Shown one piece after another: positions 38,053 to 47,583 of a stretch of 64,000 bases of DNA. The translations under genes were made by a program, and so were the position numbers. The notes beneath the pieces were generated by a model. It searched no databases. It had not been told where the DNA came from and was given only the letters and a program-made list of their open reading frames with translations. The stretch spans positions 608,001-672,000 of the forward strand of contig CBDCVR010000013.1 of the NCBI GenBank assembly GCA_965223155.1. The letters run 5' to 3'. Each line of letters opens with the position of its first letter. Position 1 is the first letter of the stretch. The DNA comes from Candidatus Multivoradales bacterium. Its GTDB lineage: Bacteria > Acidobacteriota > Thermoanaerobaculia > Multivoradales > JAHEKO01.

Positions 38053-39803
38053 CGGCCACCGGTGGCGCCGGTCCGGGCGGTGCTACCGGCCCGAATCGAC
38101 TGGGATACCACCGACTGAGTGGCTCCGACCTCGTCCCGCACGGCCACGGCCAGCCGGTTCTCTCCCGCCCGCATCTGGAGCTCCACCTGGTAGATGTACG
38201 CCTTTTCCAACGCGGTCTCGATCTCGGCGTTGGGAATCCGGATGTCGAGCGGAACCTCCTGCACGCCCGAGGTCCTGCCTTCCCCATCCATGGCCGCGAA
38301 ATAGACCTTGACCCGGCCGTGGAAAAACTCGTCCCGAGGCACCAGCGACAGCTTGCCCAGGGGCACGAAAACGGCGATCGGCATCAAGAAGTGGCCGCCG
38401 TCTCCGGGACTGCCCTGGCCGACCTTGACGGCGATCGACAGCGGATTGCGCTCGAAGCCGTACATCAAGGTCGAAGCGGTCATGTCCGCGACTCGATCCG
38501 ACCGGGACTTGTCCCGGTAGCCGTGGCGGTAGCGCAGGCGGACCCCCTTGCGCTTCTCTTTGAGGCGAACCTCGATGCGGTGATACCGCCCGTCGCCGGC
38601 GTGGGAAGGCTGGTAGCCGAGTGAATAGTAGGTCCCGAAGTCCCGGGCCACCCGGGTCAGGCCCTTGCGCGGATCGTTGGTGTTGTAGATCGCCTGGCCA
38701 CCGGTGCGGTCGGCCATGAAGATCAAAGGTGCCTGCAAGTTGTGGAAGTAAACGCTGTCGATGAGCGTACCGAGGCCCGGCGTCTGGACGCCCTGCTGGT
38801 CGGCCGAAACCGTGCTCGCGACTCGCAGGCCCGCCGCGTCGATCGTGTAGAAGCTGATCCGGTTGGTATTGGCCTGAGCCGCCAGCTCTTCGAAGGTGCG
38901 CTGGGCGTTGAAGTCATGGGCCCGCATCAGAACCGAAGAGTCGTTGAACTTCTGCTGCATGGCGTAGAAGAGATCCTCGCCCTGCATCATCTCGATGCCG
39001 TCGCTGACGTAGAGAATCGCCTTGCGGCCCTCGATGCCTCCCAGCGACGCCACCATCTCCTTGAGCGCCGTGACCGAGAAGCTCATGTCGTTGTACATCG
39101 ACTCGGCGTACTGCGTCACCCGCCACCGCACCTCGTCGATCGACTCGGCCTCGTCGATGTCGCGCAGGAGGTCGCGCCGGTCGGAGTCTTTGTGGACCGC
39201 GTGCCCGGTCAGGTTCTCAAGCTCGAAGAGCGACCGGGCGATGATCGCCGGATCGTTGGTGAACGGGTGCCGGATCTTCAAGGACCGGTCGTAGGAAACC
39301 AGCATGACCTGGTCGACCGCCTCGGTGTTTTCCCGCAAGAAGTCGCGAATGCTCCGGAAGACCCGGTTGCGGTTGAACGGCCGGATGTTGAAGTTGTCCA
39401 CGTACACCACCAGGTACAGCTTCTGTTCCTCGGGAATGAGCTCCATCGGCGGCGCGGTACCGGGCACCAGAGGCTCGGGCGCGTCAACCTCGGGCGTGAC
39501 CGGAACCTGGGGCGCGCCGCCCTCGGTCACGTAGAAGTTGGTGATCGCGACCGGGCGCCGGTCTTCCAGGATCTCGAAGTCGTCCTTGGTCAGACCGGTA
39601 ATCGGCTCGCCTTTCTTGTCGGTCACGTAGACCTCGACGTTGACGACGTTGACGTCCACCGTCTCGAAGAAAAACTCGTCGGACTCTTGCTGGGCGTCCT
39701 CACCCTCCTGGGCGACCAGCACGGCGGCGCCCGACCCGAAGGCCAGAAGCAGCCCCAGGGCGAGCATCGGAATCACGGAAGCGCGAAATTGGACCATCAT
39801 CAC
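38049..39803 (-). CDS. VWA domain protein (Acidobacterial type), exported
   Basis: VDVNVVNVEVYVTDKKG, GRKAILYVSDG, ADRTGG, YYSLGY; signal peptide; degenerate MIDAS. Confidence 0.88.
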   Translation of the reverse strand: MMMVQFRASVIPMLALGLLLAFGSGAAVLVAQEGEDAQQESDEFFFETVDVNVVNVEVYVTDKKGEPITGLTKDDFEILEDRRPVAITNFYVTEGGAPQVPVTPEVDAPEPLVPGTAPPMELIPEEQKLYLVVYVDNFNIRPFNRNRVFRSIRDFLRENTEAVDQVMLVSYDRSLKIRHPFTNDPAIIARSLFELENLTGHAVHKDSDRRDLLRDIDEAESIDEVRWRVTQYAESMYNDMSFSVTALKEMVASLGGIEGRKAILYVSDGIEMMQGEDLFYAMQQKFNDSSVLMRAHDFNAQRTFEELAAQANTNRISFYTIDAAGLRVASTVSADQQGVQTPGLGTLIDSVYFHNLQAPLIFMADRTGGQAIYNTNDPRKGLTRVARDFGTYYSLGYQPSHAGDGRYHRIEVRLKEKRKGVRLRYRHGYRDKSRSDRVADMTASTLMYGFERNPLSIAVKVGQGSPGDGGHFLMPIAVFVPLGKLSLVPRDEFFHGRVKVYFAAMDGEGRTSGVQEVPLDIRIPNAEIETALEKAYIYQVELQMRAGENRLAVAVRDEVGATQSVVSQSIRAGSTARTGATGGR

Positions 39804-39850
39804 AGGAACCTGCTCTCGAAAAGGGGTTCGAAGGAACCGATCGGTGGATC

Positions 39851-41614
39851 TCAGGGATCGATGTCGAACCCGGCCGACAGAATTCTACCACTGGCCGGAT
39901 CGTGGACCGCGACGACGCCGGCGTGGGATCGGCGGCGCAGCTCGAGCTCGGTCTCGTAGGTACCGATCTGGCCGGCCTCGGGCTCGGAGGAGAGCTGGAG
40001 ATCCAGCGGAATCACCGGAATCGGCGCCTGATCCCCGTGGTCGTCCTGGACCGCAAGCCGGAGCTCCAGCCGGGCGACGTAGCCGTCGGCGGCCGGCAAG
40101 AACGTGACCTCGTCCAAGGGCACGAGAATCTTGAGGGGCACCGCGATCCTGCGCCGGCTCTTGGTCACCGGGTCGCCGACCTCGATCGCCAGGGTGCTGG
40201 CGGCCGCGGCGTTGCCAAAGAGCAGCGTGCTCTCGACCGCCATCGACACCTCGGACGATCTGGATGAATCCAGGTAGCTGCGGCGGGAGCGAACTCGGAA
40301 GGACGGGTCGCGCAGCACCACCCGGACCTGGTGCCGCGAGTCGTCCTCGGCCTTGGCCGGGCTGAACCCCAGCCAGTAGTACGAGTCGACGTCCCCAGCG
40401 ACGCGCTCGAGTGCCTGGACCCGGCCCTGGTTCAGGATCGCGCGCCCACCGGTCTGGCGGGCCAGGTACGTCAGCGTGGCATGAGCCTGGCCCTCGACCT
40501 CGAAACCGAAGTCCGCCCGCGAGTTGACGTCATCCGGCAGCCGCGCCACCGACGCCTGGCCCGCGAACTCCCGGTCCAGACCGGGCACGTCCACCGGATA
40601 GATCGTGTACCCCAAGAGATTCGCGGTCTCGGTGAGGCGGTTGTAGAGGTTCCTGCCATACGGCCCGCTGCGCTCGAACAGAACCGTGCTGAGCCCTCCC
40701 AGGAGATAGTCCGCGGGGACAAAAGGCCAGCCCCCGGACAGGAGCAGCAGCACCTTCCGCCCCGGAGGCTTCGCGAAGCTCCGAAGCGTGGCCGCGGCCG
40801 CCGCGATCGAACGATTCAACTGGCCGGTCAGCTCGCCGATGTAGGCCCGTTCGTCCGGTCGCAGGTTGCGGTGGAACTCGGAGAATCCCAGCTCCTCCTC
40901 GCGTCCGACTTGCCGGGCGAGGCCGTCGAAAAGGGTGAAATTGGCCCGCTCTCGCTCGACCCGGCGGCGCAGGCCGTGGGCCGGCCGGCCCATGGCGTCC
41001 TGGAAGGCACGCTCCAGCACCGGCTCGAGGTCCGTCCACGAGGTCAGCATGTCGAGGTCCTTGCCGTCGTAGGCAACGACCGCCATGCGGTCCTCGGGCC
41101 GCAAGAACCCGAGGTTGGCGGCCAGCGCCTCCAAGACGCGGTTCCGGTCCGGTTTCAAGCTGAAGAAATCGTCCACGAAGACCAGATAGCTGACTCCGAC
41201 CGGCTCCCCCGGAGCCAGGGACGGCACCGCCGGCGGCGCGGCGGCGGATTCGAGCGCTCCAGGCTCGGCAGCGGGCCTCGCAGCCGGACGAACGATTCCG
41301 TTCCGAATCTCGCTGAAGTAGTCGATACTGACCGCCTCGCCGTCCACCAGAAGCTCGAAGTCGCCCGGTCCGAGGCCACGAATCGGCGTGCCGTCCTTGT
41401 CGGTGACTTGGACTTCGATGTTGATCACGCGGACGTCCAACACCTCGCTGAAGATGCCGGGCATGGCCGAAGGCTGTTCCTGCGCCGCCAGCGCGCCCGC
41501 GCTGACGCCCCCGAGCATCCCGAGAATCCCGACCGCTGCCACCGCCAACCGTGCCGCCCATCCCCGTCCAGAGCCCGCCGTTCGTTGTGCGCGCACCGTC
41601 GTCCTCCTCGTCAT
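39851..41614 (-). CDS. VWA domain protein (Acidobacterial type), exported
   Basis: LDVRVINIEVQVTDKDG, GRKVLLLLSGG, ARQTGG, YYWLGF; paralog of the downstream gene; start set to ATG 41614. Confidence 0.87.
   Translation of the reverse strand: MTRRTTVRAQRTAGSGRGWAARLAVAAVGILGMLGGVSAGALAAQEQPSAMPGIFSEVLDVRVINIEVQVTDKDGTPIRGLGPGDFELLVDGEAVSIDYFSEIRNGIVRPAARPAAEPGALESAAAPPAVPSLAPGEPVGVSYLVFVDDFFSLKPDRNRVLEALAANLGFLRPEDRMAVVAYDGKDLDMLTSWTDLEPVLERAFQDAMGRPAHGLRRRVERERANFTLFDGLARQVGREEELGFSEFHRNLRPDERAYIGELTGQLNRSIAAAAATLRSFAKPPGRKVLLLLSGGWPFVPADYLLGGLSTVLFERSGPYGRNLYNRLTETANLLGYTIYPVDVPGLDREFAGQASVARLPDDVNSRADFGFEVEGQAHATLTYLARQTGGRAILNQGRVQALERVAGDVDSYYWLGFSPAKAEDDSRHQVRVVLRDPSFRVRSRRSYLDSSRSSEVSMAVESTLLFGNAAAASTLAIEVGDPVTKSRRRIAVPLKILVPLDEVTFLPAADGYVARLELRLAVQDDHGDQAPIPVIPLDLQLSSEPEAGQIGTYETELELRRRSHAGVVAVHDPASGRILSAGFDIDP
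39880..39890 (-). promoter_or_regulatory. Putative extended -10 TGGTAGAAT for the 38049-39803 gene
   Basis: Plus-strand ATTCTACCA inside the 3' end of the upstream VWA gene. Confidence 0.45.
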
Positions 41615-41663
41615 GAACTCGTTAGGTTCTGTCTCATCGTTCCGCGGGTACGAAACCAGCAAT

Positions 41664-42662
41664 TCACGTGCCGTCGCGCAGGCGGCGGGCGACGTCGGCC
41701 ACGACGCGGTCGGCGTGGACGCGGGAGTTCTCGATGAAGAGCTTGCCGATGTCGCGTCCGACCTGGATGGTGCCCGCCAGGTACAGGCCTTCGACGTTGG
41801 ACTCACAGGTTTCCGGATCACAGGTCGGCACCAGGGTCGCCGGATCGAAAGTCACGCCGCAGCCGGCGGCAAGCTGGGTGTCGGGCTCGTAGCCCACCAG
41901 GACGTAGGCGGCGTCAACGGCGACGGAGGTCTCTCCGTCGGGCCCCGCCAGATCGACCAGGCGGCGGGAGCCCTCGCTCCGGAAGGCGCGCACCGTGGTT
42001 TCCAAGTGGGCGGCGATCGAACCCTCGGCGATCCGGTTCTCGAGATCCGGCTTGAGCCAGTACTTGACCGTGTCCTTGACCCGGTCCCGCCGGTGGACCA
42101 GGGTCACCCGGGCATGGTTGCGCCAGAGCTCGAGCGCCGCCTCGATCGCCGAGTTGCCGCCACCCACGAGCAAGACCTGGTCCTCGAAATGCCCGTACGG
42201 CTCCAGGTAGCGGCTTCTGACCCAGGAGGCATCCTCGCCGGGAACGCCCAGCCGCCGGGGCCGGTGAAAGTAGCCCTGGGCCAGAGCCACCGTCCGGGCC
42301 CGGCGAACGACGTCTCCGCCCCGGGCGCGGCTGTCGATGCGGAACCCACCCTCGGCCGTGGCGAGGCCGACGACTTCCTCGCGCAGTGCCAGGGGAATCT
42401 CGAAACGGGCGGCCACGGCCCGGTAGTACGCCAGCGCCTCCCGCCGGCTGGGCTTGTCCCCCGGGGTGGACATCGGCACGCCGGCGATCTCGATCAAGTC
42501 GCGCGTGGTGAAGAAACTCATGTACGTCGGAAAGCCCACGAGCGCGGCGGCCAACGGCCCGCGGTCGATCAACAGCACGTCCAGGCCGGCCTGGCGCGCG
42601 CGAGCACCGATGGCGATGCCGGTCGGACCGGCCCCGACCACCGCCAGATCCAGAACGCTCAC
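41664..42662 (-). CDS. ypdA: YpdA-family flavoprotein (putative bacillithiol disulfide reductase)
   Basis: GAGPTG, FPTYMSFFTT, KPSRREALAYY, GGGNSA, VKYWLKPDLENRI, LFIENSRVH; GTG start overlapping the thiD stop. Confidence 0.85.
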   Translation of the reverse strand: MSVLDLAVVGAGPTGIAIGARARQAGLDVLLIDRGPLAAALVGFPTYMSFFTTRDLIEIAGVPMSTPGDKPSRREALAYYRAVAARFEIPLALREEVVGLATAEGGFRIDSRARGGDVVRRARTVALAQGYFHRPRRLGVPGEDASWVRSRYLEPYGHFEDQVLLVGGGNSAIEAALELWRNHARVTLVHRRDRVKDTVKYWLKPDLENRIAEGSIAAHLETTVRAFRSEGSRRLVDLAGPDGETSVAVDAAYVLVGYEPDTQLAAGCGVTFDPATLVPTCDPETCESNVEGLYLAGTIQVGRDIGKLFIENSRVHADRVVADVARRLRDGT

Positions 42663-43519
42663 GCCACCGGCTCCTGGAACCAAAGATGATTCACCGGCCC
42701 CTGTCCGCGGCCCAGCGGATAGGCCGCGGCCAGTGCCTCCTGAAGATAGGCGATCGCCCCACGCACCGCCTCCGGCAGGGAGTCTCCCCGGCCCAAGCGA
42801 GCGGCGATCGCCGAGGACAGCGTACAACCCGTGCCGTGGGTCGACGAGCCCTCGACTCGAGGATGGCGGATCACTTCGGTCCGTCCCCGATCCACCAGCA
42901 CGTCCAGAACCGTGGCCCCGGGAGCGTGCCCGCCCTTGAGCAGCACGCTGGGCCCGGCCGCCGCGATCCGGGCGGCCAGCTCACGGCGCTCGTCCTCGCC
43001 GGTCGCGGACAGCTCGGCCTGCGGCACTTCGAGAGCCAGGACGCCGGCCAGCACCAGCGCCTCGGGGAGGTTGGGCGTGACCAAAGTCGCCAGCGGCATC
43101 AGGCGCTCGACCAACGCTTGCACGGCCTCCTCGGCCAGGAGCCGATCGCCGCTCTTGGCCACCATCACCGGGTCCAGCACGACCGGCGGGCGCTTGGCCG
43201 GATCCAGCTGGCCGAGCCAGGCGGTCAGACGCTCGGCCACCGCGCCGATCACGGCGGCCGAGGCCAGCATCCCGATCTTGACGGCGTCTACGCCCAGATC
43301 CGAGAAGACCGCGTCGATCTGGGCGGCCACGATCTCGGCCTCGATCTCCCGCACCGCCACGACGGCCACCGTGTTCTGAGCGGTCACGGCGGTCAGGACC
43401 GACATACCGAAGGCGCCGTGAGCGGCGAAGGTCTTGAGATCGGCTTGAATTCCGGCGCCTCCTCCGGAGTCCGAGCCGGCGATGGTCAGCAAGCGGGGAG
43501 GAGCCGGGCTCGGGCTCAC
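42659..43519 (-). CDS. thiD: Hydroxymethylpyrimidine/phosphomethylpyrimidine kinase
   Basis: TIAGSDSGGGAGIQADLKT, VKIGML, DPVMVAKSG, TPNLPEA, KGGH, HGTGCTLS. Confidence 0.96.
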   Translation of the reverse strand: MSPSPAPPRLLTIAGSDSGGGAGIQADLKTFAAHGAFGMSVLTAVTAQNTVAVVAVREIEAEIVAAQIDAVFSDLGVDAVKIGMLASAAVIGAVAERLTAWLGQLDPAKRPPVVLDPVMVAKSGDRLLAEEAVQALVERLMPLATLVTPNLPEALVLAGVLALEVPQAELSATGEDERRELAARIAAAGPSVLLKGGHAPGATVLDVLVDRGRTEVIRHPRVEGSSTHGTGCTLSSAIAARLGRGDSLPEAVRGAIAYLQEALAAAYPLGRGQGPVNHLWFQEPVA

Positions 43520-44325
43520 GAGGCTTCCGCGGCCGCGCGCCGAGAACGCAGGGCCCAGAGTCCAGCCACCATCAAGAGCAGCAACACGCTGATCACCTGA
43601 GCGCCGGTGAAATCGCCGAAGATCCGGTCGTCCTTGGCCCGCCAGAACTCGATCACGAACCGTTCGACGGCTAGAAGCCCCAATACCACCAGCGCCGCGG
43701 TGCCCGGGCGGGCTCCCCGCTTGACCAGCCACACGCCGACCGCGCAGGCCACCAGAGCCAGGCCGGTTTCGTAGAGCTGGGTCGGATGGACGGCGACCAG
43801 CTGGTTGGCCGGCACGTCCGCCGGCAATGTGGCTCCGTACTCGCGACGCATGAAGCCGGCCGTCGTCGGCGCGGGCAGTCCGTGAGGAAACTTCACCCCC
43901 CAGGGCATCGAGGTCGGCATGCCGAAGTCGTCACCGACAAGGAAGCATCCAACCCTCCCAACGGCGTGCCCGAGCGCGACCGCGGGCGCGGCGACGTCCA
44001 CAACCGGCCAGATCGGCAGTTTCCGCCGGTGCAGTGTCCAGACGACCGCGAGCGCGCCACCGATCAGTCCTCCGTACCAAACCAGACCGGACCGGGAGAC
44101 CAGCAGCGAGGCATCGCCGTAGAGAATCGCGTAGTACGCCTTGGCGCCGACGATGCCGCCGATGCCAGCCGCCAGCAACAAGGCGCTCGCATCCTCTTCG
44201 TCGCCGATCCCCTGGTACCTCATGCCCCAGCGCAGCAACGCCCAGGCGCCCAGGAAGGCGAAGACCAGCATCACCCCGAAGGGGCTGATCGACAGCGGCC
44301 CGATGCTGAAAAGCTCCCGAATCAT
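43516..44325 (-). CDS. lgt: Prolipoprotein diacylglyceryl transferase
   Basis: GLVWYGGLIGG, GRVGCFLVGDDFG, HPTQLYE, RFVIEFWR. Confidence 0.9.
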   Translation of the reverse strand: MIRELFSIGPLSISPFGVMLVFAFLGAWALLRWGMRYQGIGDEEDASALLLAAGIGGIVGAKAYYAILYGDASLLVSRSGLVWYGGLIGGALAVVWTLHRRKLPIWPVVDVAAPAVALGHAVGRVGCFLVGDDFGMPTSMPWGVKFPHGLPAPTTAGFMRREYGATLPADVPANQLVAVHPTQLYETGLALVACAVGVWLVKRGARPGTAALVVLGLLAVERFVIEFWRAKDDRIFGDFTGAQVISVLLLLMVAGLWALRSRRAAAEAS

Positions 44326-44487
44326 GGCGCGGCCCGCGCTCCTTTCGTGATCGGCGGGCGCCGCATGCTAGCACCGAAACCGCGCTAACTCCCGGCCTGC
44401 TCCCTGGCAACTCCTGCGGCCGCCGGACGGCGCCGAGCCGAGCCCCGGCCGGACGCTAGGCGCGAGAGGTCCGCGACCGGCGGGCCC

Positions 44488-45186
44488 TCAGACCGCCAGC
44501 GACTCGATCTGGTCGAGCAGAAAGGCCTCGAAGCGCTTGCGGTCGGCCGGAGGCATCTCGGCGAACCGGACTCCGACCCCGTCGCTGCCCTCGACGCTCT
44601 TGACCGCCTTGCGCACCACGACGCCACGGGCTGAGACCGGATCTTCCTGGCCGGGCACCTCGATGCGCAGCTCCAGCTCCGTGCCCGGCGGCAGCTCGTC
44701 CTTGGTCCGGACGAAAAGCCCGCTGGATGAAGCGTTGAGGGCTTGCGCCACCCGCAACAGGTTGCCCGCCTCCAGCTCCACCGTCATGCGCACCATCACC
44801 CGCACCGCCGGCCGCGGCGCCTGGCGCAGGAAGCGCATCAGGTCGGCGGCAAGCTCGGTATCGGTACGATCCAGACTGACCACGGGCACGCCCGCGTACT
44901 CCAGCGGCTCCACCGAGGGCCGGTCGCCCAGACTGCTGAGAACCACCGTCATCGGCAGCTCTCCGGGCTCCAGCCGATCCCGCAACTCGCTCCAGAAGGT
45001 CAGCGCGTCCGAGTCCTCTAGCGGATGCACCAGGACCAGAAGCTCTGGCCGCAGCGCGGACAGAAACTCGAGTGCCTGGGCCGCGCTCTCGACATGCTGC
45101 AACTCGGCCCCGGCGGACTCCTCGACGATCGGAATCACCGACTCGAGCAGCTCCGACTTGGAGACGATGAGAACGTGCTGTTTCAC
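44488..45186 (-). CDS. Pseudo-receiver + PilZ domain protein
   Basis: CheY-like N-terminus lacking the acidic pair and phospho-Asp; PilZ motifs RQAPR and NASSSG, GVGVRF. Confidence 0.8.
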   Translation of the reverse strand: MKQHVLIVSKSELLESVIPIVEESAGAELQHVESAAQALEFLSALRPELLVLVHPLEDSDALTFWSELRDRLEPGELPMTVVLSSLGDRPSVEPLEYAGVPVVSLDRTDTELAADLMRFLRQAPRPAVRVMVRMTVELEAGNLLRVAQALNASSSGLFVRTKDELPPGTELELRIEVPGQEDPVSARGVVVRKAVKSVEGSDGVGVRFAEMPPADRKRFEAFLLDQIESLAV

Positions 45187-45458
45187 GACTTCGAGGAGGA
45201 ACCCGCGCTACCGGCTAGCCCTGGAGCACCGCGGCCGAAACCGGCCGCCAACCCCATTCGCGCACGGATCCTATGCCGTCGGAGCACTCGCGTGCAAAGA
45301 CCTTCATCACAGAGGGCCAAGTCCGAGGATCGATTCCATTTCCTGGCTCGAGCCCAGCCTCCCTTCCCGCCGATGCCGGACAAAGCCGTGACAAGGCGCC
45401 ACGACACCCGTGCAGGCACCGATCTCACTCACGGATGGCCCCGGAGCGGCGAACCTAC

Positions 45459-46313
45459 CTACCGGTCGTTGAGGCTCCAGTCGTAGTCTAGATACCGAAC
45501 CGAGGGCCCGGCCCGGCGCAGCGTGTCGGCCAGGTCGGCCGGAAGCTCGGCCAGCACCCAATCCAATACCTTACCCCGGGCGAAAAACGCCACCACCGTG
45601 CTGCCGCCGGTGAAGTCGCCCGCGTACCACTTGAAGATCGAGGACAGCCAAAGCTCGTTGCGCTGCTGATCGTAGCGCAATCCCTTGCCGGAATCACTCA
45701 GGAAGGCCCGAGTCTGCTCTTCCAGCTGGCGCTCCAGGTCAGCGGCCCGGTACGGCTCGAAGCGCAGATCCGGACAGCTGTGGGACGCGCACACGACGGC
45801 GAAATGGACCCGTGCATCGCCCTCGTCACGAGCCCGCGTCTCGATCTCGTCCAGGGTCAGCTCGGTACCGGCGATCGGAAACGTCAGCTCGTCGAAGAAG
45901 CCCTCGACGTCCCGAACGGACTCGATCTCCGGATAGCGGTCCAAGACGAAACGCGCCACGACGGCGTTGTAGGCGTTGCTGTAGAAGGCGATGCGCCCGG
46001 CCCGGCCGGCCTCCTCCGGCCGCGCGTCCCGCAAGCTCGCCAGATAGAGATCCAAGTCCTCGGAATCGGCGGCCAGAGCCGCGTAGTCGAGGCCGCCGTC
46101 GGCGAAGCCGATCTCCAGGGCACGGCTCCAGGGCTCGGCGCTAGGAAGGAGCACGCCATCCCTCCCGGCGGCGGTGTCCGCCCGCGCGCAGCCGGCGCCC
46201 AGCGCCCAAACCCAGCTCGCCGCGACCACCAGGGCAAGGCTCCAAGCCCGGCGCGCAAAGCAAGCCGGGGGCGGCGCGATCCGGGGTCGTCGTACCGAGG
46301 TTTCGTGGGCCAT
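45459..46313 (-). CDS. DUF547 domain protein, exported
   Basis: AFYSNAYNA, LTLDEIE, RVHFAVVCASHSCP, LSSIFKWYAGDF, YDWSLN. Confidence 0.9.
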   Translation of the reverse strand: MAHETSVRRPRIAPPPACFARRAWSLALVVAASWVWALGAGCARADTAAGRDGVLLPSAEPWSRALEIGFADGGLDYAALAADSEDLDLYLASLRDARPEEAGRAGRIAFYSNAYNAVVARFVLDRYPEIESVRDVEGFFDELTFPIAGTELTLDEIETRARDEGDARVHFAVVCASHSCPDLRFEPYRAADLERQLEEQTRAFLSDSGKGLRYDQQRNELWLSSIFKWYAGDFTGGSTVVAFFARGKVLDWVLAELPADLADTLRRAGPSVRYLDYDWSLNDR

Positions 46314-46482
46314 GGGTCTCCCTTCGTTGGTGACGGGTATATGCCGCTACGGTCCTCCTGGAGGACCGGTTTCGAGCTAGGTACGCAGCGGGCATCGATC
46401 GGGATTTCCGGCTTTGGCGGAGCCTTTCCAGGCCCTCCCGCGGCCGCTCGCGCTCCAAGGCAACTGGTACTATGCCATCCCC

Positions 46483-47529
46483 ATGCTCACCGATACGACG
46501 CGCCGGCGTTACGAGGAGTTCGCGAAGCTCATTCGCGGCCGCTCCATGGCCGGCAAGTGGATGATCGTCACCCACGACAATCCCGACCCGGACTCGATCG
46601 CCTCGGCCGCGGGCCTGGCCAAGCTGCTCAGGCGGGGCTTCCGGCGCCAGGTGACGATTGCCTACGGTGGCATCATCGGACGCGCCGAGAATCAGGAGAT
46701 GGTCAAGGTCTTGGACGTCCGTCTGAGCCACATCCGCCACCTCAACAAGGACAGGTACCGGCATTTCGCCCTGGTCGATACCCAGCCGGGGACCGGCAAC
46801 AACCAGCTCGACGGCATCCGGCCGGACGTGGTCTTCGACCATCACCCGGTCCGCAAGGCGACCCTCGAGGTTCCATTCTTCGACATCCGCACGGAATACG
46901 GCGCCAGCGCCACGATCATCGCCGAGTACCTGGCGGCCGCCGGCTGGGACCTCACCAAGCGCGAAGCCACCGCCTTCGTCTACGCCGTGCGCTCGGAGAC
47001 CCAGGACTTCGGGCGAGAGTTCTCCCCGGCCGACAAACAGCTCTACGACGAGCTCCAACCCCTCGCCGATCCGCGCGCCCTGGCCAAGATCCAGGCGCCG
47101 CGGCTCCCGATCTCGTACTTCCGTACCCTGCACGAAGCCCTCGAGAACCTGCAATCGGCCGGCTCCCTGGTCGTGAGCCACCTGCGGGAGATCGACAATC
47201 CCGACATCGTCCCCGAAATCGCCGATCTGCTGCTGCGGATGCACGGCAAGACGTGGTCGTTTTGCACCGGCGTTCAGGGCGAACGTGTTCACGTCTCCCT
47301 CCGGACGACCAACGCCCGGGCCGATGCCGGACGCCTGATGCGCCGGCTGCTCGGCAGGCGGGGCAAAGGCGGCGGGCACGGCATGATGGCGGGCGGCTGG
47401 ATCGAATGGCCGGGAACGCGCAGCGGTACCCCGGAGGGCCTGCAGGACTATCTCGCCACCCGTCTGGCGCAAATCCTCAAGAAGAAGCCTGGGCGCCTCA
47501 GTCCGCTCAAGCTCAGCAACGGGGCTTGA
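46483..47529 (+). CDS. DHH family phosphoesterase
   Basis: THDNPDPD, VDTQP, FDHH, GASATI, GGGH; start set to ATG 46483. Confidence 0.88.
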   Translation: MLTDTTRRRYEEFAKLIRGRSMAGKWMIVTHDNPDPDSIASAAGLAKLLRRGFRRQVTIAYGGIIGRAENQEMVKVLDVRLSHIRHLNKDRYRHFALVDTQPGTGNNQLDGIRPDVVFDHHPVRKATLEVPFFDIRTEYGASATIIAEYLAAAGWDLTKREATAFVYAVRSETQDFGREFSPADKQLYDELQPLADPRALAKIQAPRLPISYFRTLHEALENLQSAGSLVVSHLREIDNPDIVPEIADLLLRMHGKTWSFCTGVQGERVHVSLRTTNARADAGRLMRRLLGRRGKGGGHGMMAGGWIEWPGTRSGTPEGLQDYLATRLAQILKKKPGRLSPLKLSNGA

Positions 47530-47583
47530 CCCTGGCGGCCAGATCGCTTCCAGCTGGCCTCTCCACCGAGCCCCATTCGGTTG

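Noticed and set aside
45183-45458. Possible riboswitch or uORF upstream of the PilZ gene (hairpin GCGGCCG-AAAC-CGGCCGC at 45231-45248; short ORF from ATG 45257 ending on the PilZ start)
   Set aside because: No recognisable riboswitch consensus; the -10 to ATG spacing (10 nt) is off the leaderless pattern; could be chance.
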